The translations under genes and the position numbers were made by a program. The notes beneath the pieces were generated by a model that ran no database searches, was not told where the DNA came from, and saw nothing but the letters and a program-made list of their open reading frames with translations. A stretch of DNA of 51,989 nt. It comes from a virus (taxonomy: Duplodnaviria > Caudoviricetes). Positions 8,806 through 18,595 of this stretch are shown here, one piece after another (position 1 is the stretch's first letter; every line of letters starts with the position of its first letter). The stretch spans positions 1-51,989 of IMG/VR virus record IMGVR_UViG_3300031965_000042; one strand, given 5' to 3'.

Positions 8806-9605
8806 AGGCACTCGACATCGAGCGGCTGCTGATCTGGGCCTATTGCGAGGAGCTGCCCAAGCGCGAGTTCTTGGGTCTCGGGCTTTCCAATTTCTCCATT
8901 GCCTCGGACCTGGCGCGTCTGGCCATGGAGACCATCGACGATGGGCGGCCGATCACCAATCGCTATGCCGAGCTTTATCGCGGCGGCCCGCATGCGGATG
9001 CGGTGTTGGTCGAGCAGCATGTGCTGGCGCTCAACGATCATGTCCTGCGATTGCACGATGAGCCGGCCGTGTTGGTGGCGGATATGCCGTCAGAAGTTCA
9101 GGCCGGGGCGGCGGAGGCGCTGGACAAATACCGTGTCGAGATCGTGGCGTTGGTCATTCGCTGTGCGCGTCTGCGATCGCGCCCGCCGTGGCGATGTGAG
9201 ATCCCGCAGCGCAAGCCGTGGTCGCCGGAAGGTCGGCCGGGGCGTGCGCCCTGGTTCATCAAGGTCAAGGTGCGCGGAGCGTTCGGCAAGATGGGCGAGG
9301 TCGAGCGCCTGGCGAAACTCAATCCCAGGTCACGACGCTATCCGCCCACGGCCTATCAGAAGTTTGTATGGGTGCCCGACATCGCATCGGTCGTGGAGGC
9401 GCGTGCCGACTGGCTGGTCTGGCGTGGTGCGCTGGAGCATTTGGCCGAATCACTTGCCGGTCATTTGCACGAGCGCACGCTGTCTTCGTTGCGCTTGCCG
9501 TGGATGCCATGGCTGGCTGGTGCAGAGCACGAAGGTGTTGACAAGCCGCGCATCCTCCCCGCGCTTGCCGTCGACGGTGCCGGGGATCTGCGGATGTTTA
9601 GCTGA
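8802..9605 (+). CDS. conserved phage protein, possible late-transcription regulator (Q position)
   Basis: N-terminus LDIERLLIWAYCEELPK and PHADA. It is the last gene of the early operon; the function is inferred from position only. Confidence 0.55.
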   Translation: MKALDIERLLIWAYCEELPKREFLGLGLSNFSIASDLARLAMETIDDGRPITNRYAELYRGGPHADAVLVEQHVLALNDHVLRLHDEPAVLVADMPSEVQAGAAEALDKYRVEIVALVIRCARLRSRPPWRCEIPQRKPWSPEGRPGRAPWFIKVKVRGAFGKMGEVERLAKLNPRSRRYPPTAYQKFVWVPDIASVVEARADWLVWRGALEHLAESLAGHLHERTLSSLRLPWMPWLAGAEHEGVDKPRILPALAVDGAGDLRMFS

Positions 9606-9716
9606 TTGCTCGTAGCCGACGAGGTGCCCGCCGCGTTCGACGGTAGTGGGCCAGTTTGCCCCGCCTTAATTCATCTGAGGCTGGAAACGGAACGCGCCTG
9701 GCCGCATATTGCGAGC

Positions 9717-10010
9717 ATGGCAGAGAAACGCCCACCGCGCCCGTCTGACGAGCAGGCGAAGGCGAAAGCCCTAGACGACTGGACCGACGAAGGCGGCGCC
9801 ATCGCGCCTGCGAAGCCGCCCAAGCGGCCGCGCGATCTATTCCAGTGGGCGAAGCGCATGGTCGATATCGCCACTGGCGAGGTTGAGGACAAGCCTCCGG
9901 TCAAGAGCGCAGCCCGGGGCGGTGTTGCACGAGCCGAAGCGCTTTCGCCAAAGCGGCGCGCAGAGATCGCCCGAGTTGCAGCCGAAGCGCGGTGGAAAAA
10001 GCGAGACTAG
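9717..10010 (+). CDS. small basic protein (PKRPRD...IATGE...GGxARAxxL...ARW family)
   Basis: KRPRDLFQWAKRMVDIATGE and ARGGVARAEALSPKRRAEIARVAAEARW. Confidence 0.75.
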   Translation: MAEKRPPRPSDEQAKAKALDDWTDEGGAIAPAKPPKRPRDLFQWAKRMVDIATGEVEDKPPVKSAARGGVARAEALSPKRRAEIARVAAEARWKKRD

Positions 10011-10159
10011 GCTGCTTCTTCTTCCTCACCGGGCGCATTCTTTCGCAACTCAATATCGAAGGTCAGATCCATCGGGAGATCGATTGGTTCTTCGCCCTCG
10101 TGAATGCGATTCCAATGCTCCTGGTCAAAGGTGAGCTGCAAGCCGTCGCCGACCATCTG
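10007..10159 (-). pseudogene. orphan C-terminal gene fragment
   Basis: The minus strand reads QMVGDGLQLTFDQEHWNRIHEGEEPIDLPMDLTFDIELRKNAPGEEEEAA*. It is joined out of frame to the HigA-like fragment. Confidence 0.5.
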
Positions 10160-10314
10160 GCAAGCGCCAGCGTCGCATCAACGGACCGTTTATCGGACAC
10201 AAGCTTGTTGATGCCGGTCTCGTCCATCGCCAGAACGATAGAGAGAACGCGTTGCGTCCACCCTCTTTCGCTAAGGAGAGCCGCGATCAGTTGGCCCGGT
10301 GTCTTATGTTCCAT
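10160..10314 (-). pseudogene. N-terminal fragment of a HigA-like XRE HTH protein
   Basis: MEHKTPGQLIAALLSERGWTQRVLSIVLAMDETGINKLVSDKRSVDATLALA, then similarity ends abruptly. Confidence 0.65.
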
Positions 10315-10420
10315 TCGGATACCCCACCCCCACGAATCAGCAGAATATGCCAACCTGCGCAAAATCGCAAACTGTCTTATAATGCTTGCATATGCCCCGT
10401 TGATGTGGGAAGGTCACGTG

Positions 10421-10543
10421 CGGATCACTATCAACGATCAGAATTCTCTTGCCCATCTCGGCAAGTGCCCAACCTAAATTGAAGGCTGTTGTAGTCTTGC
10501 TGACACCACCCTTGTGATTGAACAATGAAACTACCGCTGGCAT
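10421..10543 (-). pseudogene. N-terminal fragment of a ParA/Soj ATPase
   Basis: MPAVVSLFNHKGGVSKTTTAFNLGWALAEMGKRILIVDSDP contains the deviant Walker A and breaks right after DSDP. Confidence 0.8.
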
Positions 10544-10940
10544 TTTCGCCCCCTGACCTGTGGCAATGGCGGGTTTCGCCACAAGCTTCTTCCCAGGCCA
10601 CGGTAGCACAGCCGGGGGGCGAGGCGAAGCCGGTGGCACACCTAACAATTGCCGGCGGCTCATCTAGTGAACCCGCCACAATCAAACTGGCCCACTACCC
10701 GTTCGACAGCAGCCTTGACTTTTGCGACTATCGTTGACAACGATCACAACCGTAGAAATCTAGGTTCTCCCGAACAAGAAAACGGAATGTGGGGGAACTT
10801 GGCCCCCCACTTTCGCAGACACTCAGCAAAAAATTAAGGTTGACGGGGTTGCCTCGGGTTGACGCCTGAGCGTGGGGCCCGGAGGAGCGGCCTTTGGCGT
10901 CACGGGTTTCGCGTCAGCGTCATAACTGCTTCGGTTGTAC

Positions 10941-11453
10941 ATGGATGGACTGGTAACGCAGGCTCAATATGCGCGCCATCGCGGCGTTACGCGTCAGGCC
11001 GTTTCCAAGATGGTGCAGGCGGGCAGGATTCCGACTCACGGCCGACAGAGGCTGATCGACCCGGCCGAGGCCGATGTCGCCTTGGAGGATACCAATGCGC
11101 GTCTGCGGCCGGCGGACAATCTTCGCCTGCTGGAGATGCCGAGCGTGGGCGTCGGCTCGCTCACCAAGATGCGCACCGCGCTCACCGGCTTCGAAGCGCG
11201 CCGCGCCGAACTGCGCCTGCGCAAGGAGATGGGGCAGCTCCTCGAGGTCGAGGACGTGACGCGCTCGATGCAGGCCTGCGGTGCGGTGATCGTGCGTGCC
11301 ATCGACGATCTGCCCAATCATGCCGACCGCCTGGCGACTGCCTTCACCCGCGCCGGCGTTGACGCGGTGCGGCGTGAGCTCAAGGACATTGCCCGCAGTG
11401 TGCGTGAAACGCTCGCGGAGAATATGCGTGTGGTCAAGCAGGACGAGAAATGA
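10941..11453 (+). CDS. terminase small subunit
   Basis: N-terminal HTH TQAQYARHRGVTRQAVSK plus a coiled coil, directly upstream of GpA. Confidence 0.8.
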   Translation: MDGLVTQAQYARHRGVTRQAVSKMVQAGRIPTHGRQRLIDPAEADVALEDTNARLRPADNLRLLEMPSVGVGSLTKMRTALTGFEARRAELRLRKEMGQLLEVEDVTRSMQACGAVIVRAIDDLPNHADRLATAFTRAGVDAVRRELKDIARSVRETLAENMRVVKQDEK

Positions 11454-13426
11454 GCGCCTTCGCGCCGTCGCTGCCGCTCGTTGCCGACACACTGCATTTC
11501 ATGTTCAAGCCGCCGGAGCAGGTTGCGGTCCACGCTTGGGCGTCGCACACGATCGTCGCTCCGGACGGGCCGCGCGCCGGACACTTCTGGGATCCTGGTC
11601 TCACGCCCTACGTGCCGGAGATCCTCGACGTGCTCGCGGCGGATTCCGACGCGGAACTGTGGAACCACATCGTCGTGCGCAAGTCGGTCCAGGTCGGTCT
11701 CTCGGTGATGGGGATCATCTGGGTGGCGTTCCTGGCGTCGCAGGAGGCCAATGTGCATATCGGCTATGCGCTGCCGACCCTCGATGTGCTGCGCAATTTC
11801 AATCGCGACAAGATGCAGCCGGTGCTGGAGCAGTCGCCGGTCCTGGCGCGGCTCCTGAAGCCGATCATTGCCCGCTCGTCGCAAGGGTCGACGCAATCGA
11901 CCAAGGATTTTGCCAACCGTTCCAAGATTCATCTGATCAACGCCAATTCAGCCGTGCAGCTGCGGGTGCGCACGTTCAAATATGGCGTGGCCGATGAGGT
12001 CGACGGATGGGACGAGGACCTGGCGGACGAGGGCTCGGCGTTCCGCTTGTTCGAGGGTCGGTTCACGTCATTCCATGCGACGCGCGATTGGCGCATTCTG
12101 GAAATCTCGACGCCGACCATCGCCGGCGCCTCGCGCATCACCGCGTCATTCGAGGCCGGGGATCAACGCTTCTGGCATGTGAGATGTCCGCATTGCGACA
12201 GCGAGTTCGTTTTCGAGTTCAAGCATCTCAAGTTCAACCGCCGTCCGCCCTATGAGGCGCATTATGTGGCGCAATGCTGCGGCTCGATCATCCAGCACCA
12301 CGAGAAGGGCGATCTCGTCCGCAATGGTCGTTTCATCGCGCTCAACCCCGAAGGGGTGTGGCCGTCGTTTCATATCGACGCGTTGAGTTCGCTGATCACC
12401 ACCTGGGACGACGTTGCGCGGCAATGGTGGCAGGACTATCAGACCGACGCCGGCCGCAAGACGTTCTGGAACAACGTGCTCGGTCTCGCCTACGAAGTGC
12501 GCGGCGATGCACCGGATCATCAACGCCTGATGGAGCGGCGCGAGGATTATCGCGAGAATCACATTCCGCCGAAGGGCCTGCTTCTGGTCGCCGGCGCCGA
12601 CATTCAGCACCGGGGAATCTGGGTGGAGATCGTCGCCTATGGCGCCGACCGTCAGAGCTGGACAGTCTCGGCGCGCTATCTCGAAGGCGAGACCACAGAC
12701 CACGAGCGCGGCGCCTTTGCCTTGCTCGATGGAGTCTACACGGAAAAATTCGCCGACGCCTTTGGCGGTGTGCGTGAAATCGACGCCATGGCGATCGACG
12801 CCGGCGACGCCACCGGCGGCCGCGCCAACCAGGTCTATTCGTTCGCGCGCTCCCGCTCCCGCGCCTTCGCCGTCAAGGGCATGCCGGGCTGGACGACGCC
12901 GGCGATCGGCACGCCGACGCCGGTTGACATCAGTCTGCGCGGCAAGAAGCTCAAGCGCGGCGCCATGTTGTGGCCGGTTGGCACCTGGGGACTCAAGGGC
13001 GAGTTCTACGCCGATCTACGCAAGTCGGGACGTGCGGCTGGACTCGAGGCCGACCCGGCCGGCTATTGTCATTTCGGGGCGTTCCTCGATGAGAATTACT
13101 TCAAGCAGCTCACCGACGAATATCTCGCCGATGAAATGATCCGCGGCCGCAGCCGGCGCGTGTGGAAAGAAATCAGCGGCCAGAACCATCTGCTTGATTG
13201 CCGCGTCTATGCGTTGGCTGTGGCCGACTATCTGGGGCTGACGCGGATGACGCCGGACGGATGGCGGCGCCTGGCGCAGCGGCGATCGGTGCCGTTGGAC
13301 GCGATCGAAGGCGACCTGTTCGCGCCGGAGCCGATCGCGGCCGAGCGCGCGGCTGAGCGGGCGGCGAAAAACACGAAACCGAAGCGCTCCTTCGAGGAGC
13401 TGGCGGCAGAGATGCAGGGCGGGTGA
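11450..13426 (+). CDS. terminase large subunit, lambda GpA family
   Basis: Motifs RKSVQVGLS, ADEVDGW, ISTPT, GDQRFWHVRCPHC, GADIQ and NHLLDCRVYALA. Confidence 0.95.
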   Translation: MSAFAPSLPLVADTLHFMFKPPEQVAVHAWASHTIVAPDGPRAGHFWDPGLTPYVPEILDVLAADSDAELWNHIVVRKSVQVGLSVMGIIWVAFLASQEANVHIGYALPTLDVLRNFNRDKMQPVLEQSPVLARLLKPIIARSSQGSTQSTKDFANRSKIHLINANSAVQLRVRTFKYGVADEVDGWDEDLADEGSAFRLFEGRFTSFHATRDWRILEISTPTIAGASRITASFEAGDQRFWHVRCPHCDSEFVFEFKHLKFNRRPPYEAHYVAQCCGSIIQHHEKGDLVRNGRFIALNPEGVWPSFHIDALSSLITTWDDVARQWWQDYQTDAGRKTFWNNVLGLAYEVRGDAPDHQRLMERREDYRENHIPPKGLLLVAGADIQHRGIWVEIVAYGADRQSWTVSARYLEGETTDHERGAFALLDGVYTEKFADAFGGVREIDAMAIDAGDATGGRANQVYSFARSRSRAFAVKGMPGWTTPAIGTPTPVDISLRGKKLKRGAMLWPVGTWGLKGEFYADLRKSGRAAGLEADPAGYCHFGAFLDENYFKQLTDEYLADEMIRGRSRRVWKEISGQNHLLDCRVYALAVADYLGLTRMTPDGWRRLAQRRSVPLDAIEGDLFAPEPIAAERAAERAAKNTKPKRSFEELAAEMQGG

Positions 13427-13428
13427 AC

Positions 13429-13599
13429 ATGGATATGCAAGCCGATGCGCGTGTCGCAGCGGTCATCGCCTTCAGTTCCCTCTTTTGGGACACGCTGCTC
13501 ACAATTGCGGAGGTCCGCGCGTCATACGCGCGTCTTTTCCGTCAGCGGCGGCCGGAGAGATTTCAGTTCGGTGGTATCTGGTGGGAGGTTCAAAAGTGA
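13429..13599 (+). CDS. hypothetical 56-aa protein
   Basis: MDMQADARVAAVIAFSSLFW... fills the gap after the terminase; its stop overlaps the next GTG. Confidence 0.4.
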   Translation: MDMQADARVAAVIAFSSLFWDTLLTIAEVRASYARLFRQRRPERFQFGGIWWEVQK

Positions 13600-13745
13600 G
13601 TCACACCCGTGGCGTGAGGCTCCATGATGTTGTCGGGCATTGGCGAGAAATCACCGATCACGGCGAGCGCATCCTCAAATGGATTGAGGCCTATTGGCGC
13701 GGGGATGCGCGCTTGGGCGTCATCATGAAGAGACGTGTTGTATGA
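13596..13745 (+). CDS. small phage protein with an H-x-V-x-GHWR...WRGD motif
   Basis: RLHDVVGHWR..KWIEAYWRGDARLG, coupled to the portal start. Confidence 0.55.
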   Translation: MSHTRGVRLHDVVGHWREITDHGERILKWIEAYWRGDARLGVIMKRRVV

Positions 13746-15295
13746 AGCTTCCGCAGGTCCTACGGCGCCTTCTTCCCTCGCACGCCCCGGCGGTGCGGCC
13801 GACGCCGTCGGCGGCCTATATGCGCGGCGAGCAATTGCCGCTGTTCTTTCGCTGGTCGCCGGCGCTGCGCGACGCGTCGGAAGATGTGAAGGTTGCCTGG
13901 CGTCTGGCCACGGCACGCTCGATTGATGCCATTCAAAATTCAGGATGGCTGTCGGGTTGCGTCGAACAGTCGGCGGCTTCCGTCGTCGGCCCCGGCCTGC
14001 GTCTGAACGCCAAGCCCAATGCCGAGGCGCTGGGCTGGACGCAGGCGGATGCCAACCAGTGGGCGCGTCGGGTCGAGGCAAGGTTCCAGTTGTGGGCCAG
14101 CAACAGGCGGAGCTGCGACGCCGGCGCGCGTTTCACCTTCGGGCAATTGCAGGTGCAGGCGTATCGGCACTGGATGGCCACCGGCGAGATCCTCGCCAGC
14201 CTGCCGATGATTGATCGCCCCGGGTCCTCGTTCGGCACCAAGCTGCGATTGTTCCCGGCCTGGCGCATGTCCGATCGGTCGCTGGCGCCGGACCTGGTGC
14301 AAGGCGTGCGTGTCGATCCCGCTTCCGGCGAGCCGCGCGCCTATGTCATCAAGCGCAAGACCGACGGCTGGGACAATGAGACCGAGCTCGCGGCCGTCGA
14401 TGGGGAAGGGCGCCCGCGCATCGTGCACATCTTCGATGGCGAGCCTGATCAGGTGCGCGGCATCAGTCCGTTCGTTGCGGTGCTGAAGACGGCCAAGCAG
14501 TTCGACCAGCTCGCCGACGCGACGCTGACGGCGGCGCTCATTCAGGCGATCTTTGCCGCGGTCTTCAAAACACAGGCGGTGCCGGAGGAAGCCAGGGCGG
14601 CGATGATCAGTCACGCCGAGGCCGATGAAGAAGCGCTGCGGGCCGACCTGACGACGCGGACGAAATGGTATCAGAACGCTGATTTCAGTCTCGGTGTCCC
14701 CGGCAAGATCATTCATGGGTATCCCGGCGACGAGCTGCAATTCCTGCGCTCCGAAACCCCGAACGCGACCTATGAATCCTTCGCCAAGTTTCTGCTGCGC
14801 GAGTGCTCGCGCGCCGGCGCCATGACGTATGAGGAGTTCACCGGCGACTATCAGGGGGCGACCTTCTCCAGCGTCAAGATGGGGACCGCCGTTGTGTGGC
14901 CGCGTGTCGTCTACCGACGCCGCCACATCGTGGCGCCGTTGTGCACCGCCGTCTATGCCGCCTTCCTGGAGGAGGACATAGAATCCGGCATGACGCCGTT
15001 TCCCGGCGGCGTTGATGGGTTTCGTGCCAACCGCGAAGCGGTGACGCAGGCGAGCTGGCGGGGCCCGACCAAGCCGCAGGCCGATGATCTGAAGGCGGCC
15101 AAGGCGGCGCAGACCTGGCAGGAAATCGGCGTCCCCGATGCGGTGATCTTCGATGAGCTCGGCGGCGACGTCGACGAATGGTATGAGCAGCGCAAGCGCG
15201 AACAGGATCGCCGCGACGAACTGGAATTGAGAGATCCCGCGCGCGCGCCGCAGGCCGGCACGCCGATCGAAGACAGGCAGGACCAAAGTGGCTGA
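13742..15295 (+). CDS. portal protein, lambda family
   Basis: Motifs QVRGISPF, TYEEFTGDYQGATFSS and WRGP..DDLKAAKA, plus position. Confidence 0.93.
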   Translation: MKLPQVLRRLLPSHAPAVRPTPSAAYMRGEQLPLFFRWSPALRDASEDVKVAWRLATARSIDAIQNSGWLSGCVEQSAASVVGPGLRLNAKPNAEALGWTQADANQWARRVEARFQLWASNRRSCDAGARFTFGQLQVQAYRHWMATGEILASLPMIDRPGSSFGTKLRLFPAWRMSDRSLAPDLVQGVRVDPASGEPRAYVIKRKTDGWDNETELAAVDGEGRPRIVHIFDGEPDQVRGISPFVAVLKTAKQFDQLADATLTAALIQAIFAAVFKTQAVPEEARAAMISHAEADEEALRADLTTRTKWYQNADFSLGVPGKIIHGYPGDELQFLRSETPNATYESFAKFLLRECSRAGAMTYEEFTGDYQGATFSSVKMGTAVVWPRVVYRRRHIVAPLCTAVYAAFLEEDIESGMTPFPGGVDGFRANREAVTQASWRGPTKPQADDLKAAKAAQTWQEIGVPDAVIFDELGGDVDEWYEQRKREQDRRDELELRDPARAPQAGTPIEDRQDQSG

Positions 15296-15521
15296 TCCCG
15301 ACTGGACCGACCCGTGTGCGGTTCTCGCCTGGCTGCGTCCGCAATATTTCAAGGCGATGGCGGGCCTGGCCACGGTGACGCTGACGCATGGCGACACCAC
15401 GGTCACCTACGGTCAGGCCAACAAGCGCGAACTGCAGGCGTTCTTTCGTGAGCTGCAATCGCAATGTGACGCGGCGCAAGGTGTGAAGACGCACCGCCGC
15501 CGCGCCATTCTCGGAGGCTGA
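15288..15521 (+). CDS. gpW-like head completion protein
   Basis: 77 aa. TTVTYGQANKRELQAFFRELQSQC..RRRAI is a gpW-like pattern. Confidence 0.7.
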   Translation: MADPDWTDPCAVLAWLRPQYFKAMAGLATVTLTHGDTTVTYGQANKRELQAFFRELQSQCDAAQGVKTHRRRAILGG

Positions 15522-15603
15522 GGGTGATTCCCGGCAATCGCTGCCGGCGAAAGCTGACCGCCTAGAACCTTCGAAAAAATCACAAACAAAAAGGCTGGTT
15601 ACC

Positions 15604-16998
15604 ATGACCGTGCTGCTGCGCATTGCGGAGCGGGTGATCAACCGTCCGTTGCTCATCCATCCTGACAAGCTGCCGCTTATTGTCGGCGTGCTCGAGGGGC
15701 GCATTCCCGTCGCCGGCGGACTTGTCCAGTGGCAGGACGAGGCCGAGAGCCGCATTGATCGTATGCCGGCAGACGCGCAGCGCGCCATGCGTGGGCCGGA
15801 GGCATCGCGCTTTGTCGGTTCGGCGATCGACGAAGATCCGGCAACCGGGCGCAAGTCCATGCTGCCCTATCGCCGCACGCGCGAGGGCGTGGCCATCATC
15901 ACCGTCACCGGCTCGCTCGTGAACCGCGGCGCCTGGCTTGGCTCTTATTCCGGCACCACGTCCTATGAGGGCATCAAATATCAGATCGGATCGGCTGCGG
16001 CCGATCCGCGCTCCCGCTCGATTCTGCTCGATATTGAAAGCCCAGGCGGCGAAGCCGTTGGCGCCTTCGAGGTTGCCGCAGCAGTGCGGGCGGCCAACAA
16101 GATCAAGCCGGTGGTTGCGGTCGTCAACGGCATGGCGGCCTCAGCCGCTTATGCGCTTGCCTCCGGTGCCGAGCAGATCGTGGTGACGCCGACCGGCTTG
16201 GCTGGTTCGATCGGCGTTGTCCTCATGCATGCCGATTGGTCTGCCTTCCTGGAAAAGAAAGGCGTCAAGCCGACCTTGATCTTCGCCGGCGCGCACAAGG
16301 TCGACGGTAATCCGTTCGGGCCGTTGCCGGAGGAGGTGCGCGACGATCTGCAGCGCGAGGTCGATGGCTATTACCAGCAATTCGTCAAGACGGTTGCCGC
16401 TGGACGTGCCGGCATGAATCCGGCGGCCATCCGCAACACTGAGGCGCGTACCTTTGTCGGTGACGAGGCTGTGAGCGTTGGTCTCGCCGATGTCGTGGGC
16501 ACATTCGAAGAAACGCTCGTCAATCTTTCACGCGGCACGGGCCGCTCAACAGGGAGTTCCAGGATGGAACGCAGCGAAAGCGTGGCCGGGGCTTTGTCCG
16601 GCCAGGAACAGCACGAGCAGCCGCAGCACTCGATCAGGATCGGCATCTCGCGCGAGGAGCTTGAGATGGCGGTTTCGGACGCCAAGAAAGAGGCCAGGGC
16701 GGAAGGCGTAGCCGCAGGCGCCAAGAGCGAACGCGAGCGCCTGGCGGCGATCCTCGCCAGTGACAAGGTCATCGGTCGCGAGGCCACGGCGCTGCGCCTG
16801 GCGGTGGAAGCGCCGGATATGAGCGCGGAGAAGATCCTCGCCTTTGTCGAGACGCTGCCGGCGGCGCAGGCGCCGGCGAGCATTCGCGACCGCAACGCCG
16901 ATCTTGCCTCCATCGGTAATGGTCCCGTGCAGCAGGGCGGCGACGATCTGTGGTCGGGTGAGATCGCCAAGGTCAACAAGGAGTTCGGCGTTCAGTAG
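15604..16998 (+). CDS. S49 family head maturation protease (gpC-like), probably with a nested scaffold starting at ATG 16564
   Basis: Motifs LDIESPGGE, MAASAAYALAS and GSIGVV. There is an in-frame internal ATG at 16564 after GGGAG. Confidence 0.92.
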   Translation: MTVLLRIAERVINRPLLIHPDKLPLIVGVLEGRIPVAGGLVQWQDEAESRIDRMPADAQRAMRGPEASRFVGSAIDEDPATGRKSMLPYRRTREGVAIITVTGSLVNRGAWLGSYSGTTSYEGIKYQIGSAAADPRSRSILLDIESPGGEAVGAFEVAAAVRAANKIKPVVAVVNGMAASAAYALASGAEQIVVTPTGLAGSIGVVLMHADWSAFLEKKGVKPTLIFAGAHKVDGNPFGPLPEEVRDDLQREVDGYYQQFVKTVAAGRAGMNPAAIRNTEARTFVGDEAVSVGLADVVGTFEETLVNLSRGTGRSTGSSRMERSESVAGALSGQEQHEQPQHSIRIGISREELEMAVSDAKKEARAEGVAAGAKSERERLAAILASDKVIGREATALRLAVEAPDMSAEKILAFVETLPAAQAPASIRDRNADLASIGNGPVQQGGDDLWSGEIAKVNKEFGVQ

Positions 16999-17066
16999 AG
17001 AGGCCGCTAGTCGGATGAGTTGGCGCCGGCCGTAGAGCGTCGGCAAAAGGAACTAGGAGACAAGAA

Positions 17067-17441
17067 ATGACTCTAACGGAAAGTGTGCATGCCGGCGCCT
17101 TCATGGGTGCGTGGCACGCGGGCACGCTGTCGATCGAAAAGGCCACGGTGCTGTCGGGGGAGAACCTGGTCGCCGGCCAGGTGATCAGCCTGAACAACGA
17201 CGGTAAGATCATCGCCCAGGACGGTGAGCTGGCCACCGACGGCTCGTTGGTGACGGCCGCTGCCGGCATTCTGTGGGACAATGTCGATGCCACCGACGGC
17301 GACGTTGCCGATTGCGTTTACGTCGCCCGCTTGGCCGAGGTCAAAGACGACAAACTGACCTATCCCACCGAGAGCACGGCCGGCGGCGAAAAGTCCGCCT
17401 GCCAGGACAGCCTCGCGCTGCTTCATATCCGTCCGCGCTAA
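17067..17441 (+). CDS. head decoration protein (gpD-like)
   Basis: SGENLVAGQVI and AAGILWDNVDATDGD; lies between the protease and the capsid gene. Confidence 0.85.
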   Translation: MTLTESVHAGAFMGAWHAGTLSIEKATVLSGENLVAGQVISLNNDGKIIAQDGELATDGSLVTAAAGILWDNVDATDGDVADCVYVARLAEVKDDKLTYPTESTAGGEKSACQDSLALLHIRPR

Positions 17442-17511
17442 AGGCGCGGCGCTTCCCCCTTCGCTTCTTTCTTGGACGTGCGCTGAACGGCGCAAAAAGG
17501 AGATTTGACCC

Positions 17512-18534
17512 ATGTTGACAATGGACGTCTTCCGCCAGGATGCGTTCAGCGCCACCACGATGCTGACGGCCGTCGATAAAGTCGGCTACGTTCCTGGCTT
17601 CCTCGGTTCCATCCCGGGCTTGTTCGAACCGGTGCCGGTGCGCACCAAGGAAATCTACATCGAGAGCCGCGGCACCGAGGCGGCCTTGATCCAGACCACG
17701 CCGCGTGCGTCGGCGATTCCGCAGAAGGCGGACAGCGAACGCGAGGCGCGGCCGTTCTCGACCCGGCGCATCGCGCAGGGCAGCCGCATCATGGCGAACG
17801 AGCTGTTCTCCATTCGCGAGTTCGGATCGGAGACGGAGCTCAAGCAGCTCGTCAGGGAGGTGTCGCGCCGGCAGTTCCTGATCAAGCGTGACTTTGATCT
17901 GACCTTCGAGAATCTGCGTCTCGGATGCGTGCAGGGTCTCGTCGCCGACGCCGACGGCACCACCATCTATGACTGGGAATCGGAGTTCAGCCAGACCATC
18001 CCGGCCGAGGTCGATTTCGATCTCGACAATGCCAACCCGGCATCGGGCGTGTTGCGCAAGGCCTGCACGGCGGCCATGCGTTCCATTACGCGTGGGCTCA
18101 AGGGGATGGGCGGCAACGCAGTGCGCATCATGGCCATCTGCGGCGACAACTTCTGGGACGATCTGACTGCGCATACCGAAGTGCGTACCACCTATCTCAA
18201 CTATGCGGGCGCGGCCGCGTTGCGTGATCCGGTTGCATGGGAGAGCTTCAATTTCGGTGGCATCACCTGGACCAATTATCGGGGAACCGATGACGGGTCG
18301 ACCGTGGCCGTCGGCACCGACAAGGCAAAATTCTTCCCCGTCGGCGCCGGCGTTTTCAAATGGGCGATGTCTCCGGGCGAGGCGTTCGAGCATCTGGGAC
18401 GGCCGGGGCAGATGTTCTATTCGCTGATCGTGCCGGACGAGAAGCGCAACCAATATGCGGATGTCGAAATGTATTCGTATCCGCTGCCCGTCTGCACCAT
18501 GCCGCAGGCGCTCTATCGGGCGCGTCGCACCTAA
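17512..18534 (+). CDS. major capsid protein, gpE family
   Basis: MDVFRQDAFS..., CGDNFWDDL and YSYPLPVCTMPQAL. Strong SD AAGGAG. Confidence 0.93.
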   Translation: MLTMDVFRQDAFSATTMLTAVDKVGYVPGFLGSIPGLFEPVPVRTKEIYIESRGTEAALIQTTPRASAIPQKADSEREARPFSTRRIAQGSRIMANELFSIREFGSETELKQLVREVSRRQFLIKRDFDLTFENLRLGCVQGLVADADGTTIYDWESEFSQTIPAEVDFDLDNANPASGVLRKACTAAMRSITRGLKGMGGNAVRIMAICGDNFWDDLTAHTEVRTTYLNYAGAAALRDPVAWESFNFGGITWTNYRGTDDGSTVAVGTDKAKFFPVGAGVFKWAMSPGEAFEHLGRPGQMFYSLIVPDEKRNQYADVEMYSYPLPVCTMPQALYRARRT

Positions 18535-18563
18535 TCACGCGCGCAAATGCATGCACAAAGATG

Positions 18564-18595
18564 GACCGGGGCGTAAATGCCCGCCCCGGTCTTTT
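18564..18595 (+). terminator. intrinsic terminator or attenuator after the capsid gene
   Basis: GACCGGGGCG-taaatgcc-CGCCCCGGTC-TTTT. The ATG at 18577 sits in the loop. Confidence 0.6.

Noticed and set aside
10337-10663. Functional ParA partition gene implying a plasmid prophage
   Set aside because: Only ~41 codons are ParA-like, and an intact integrase and attP are present.
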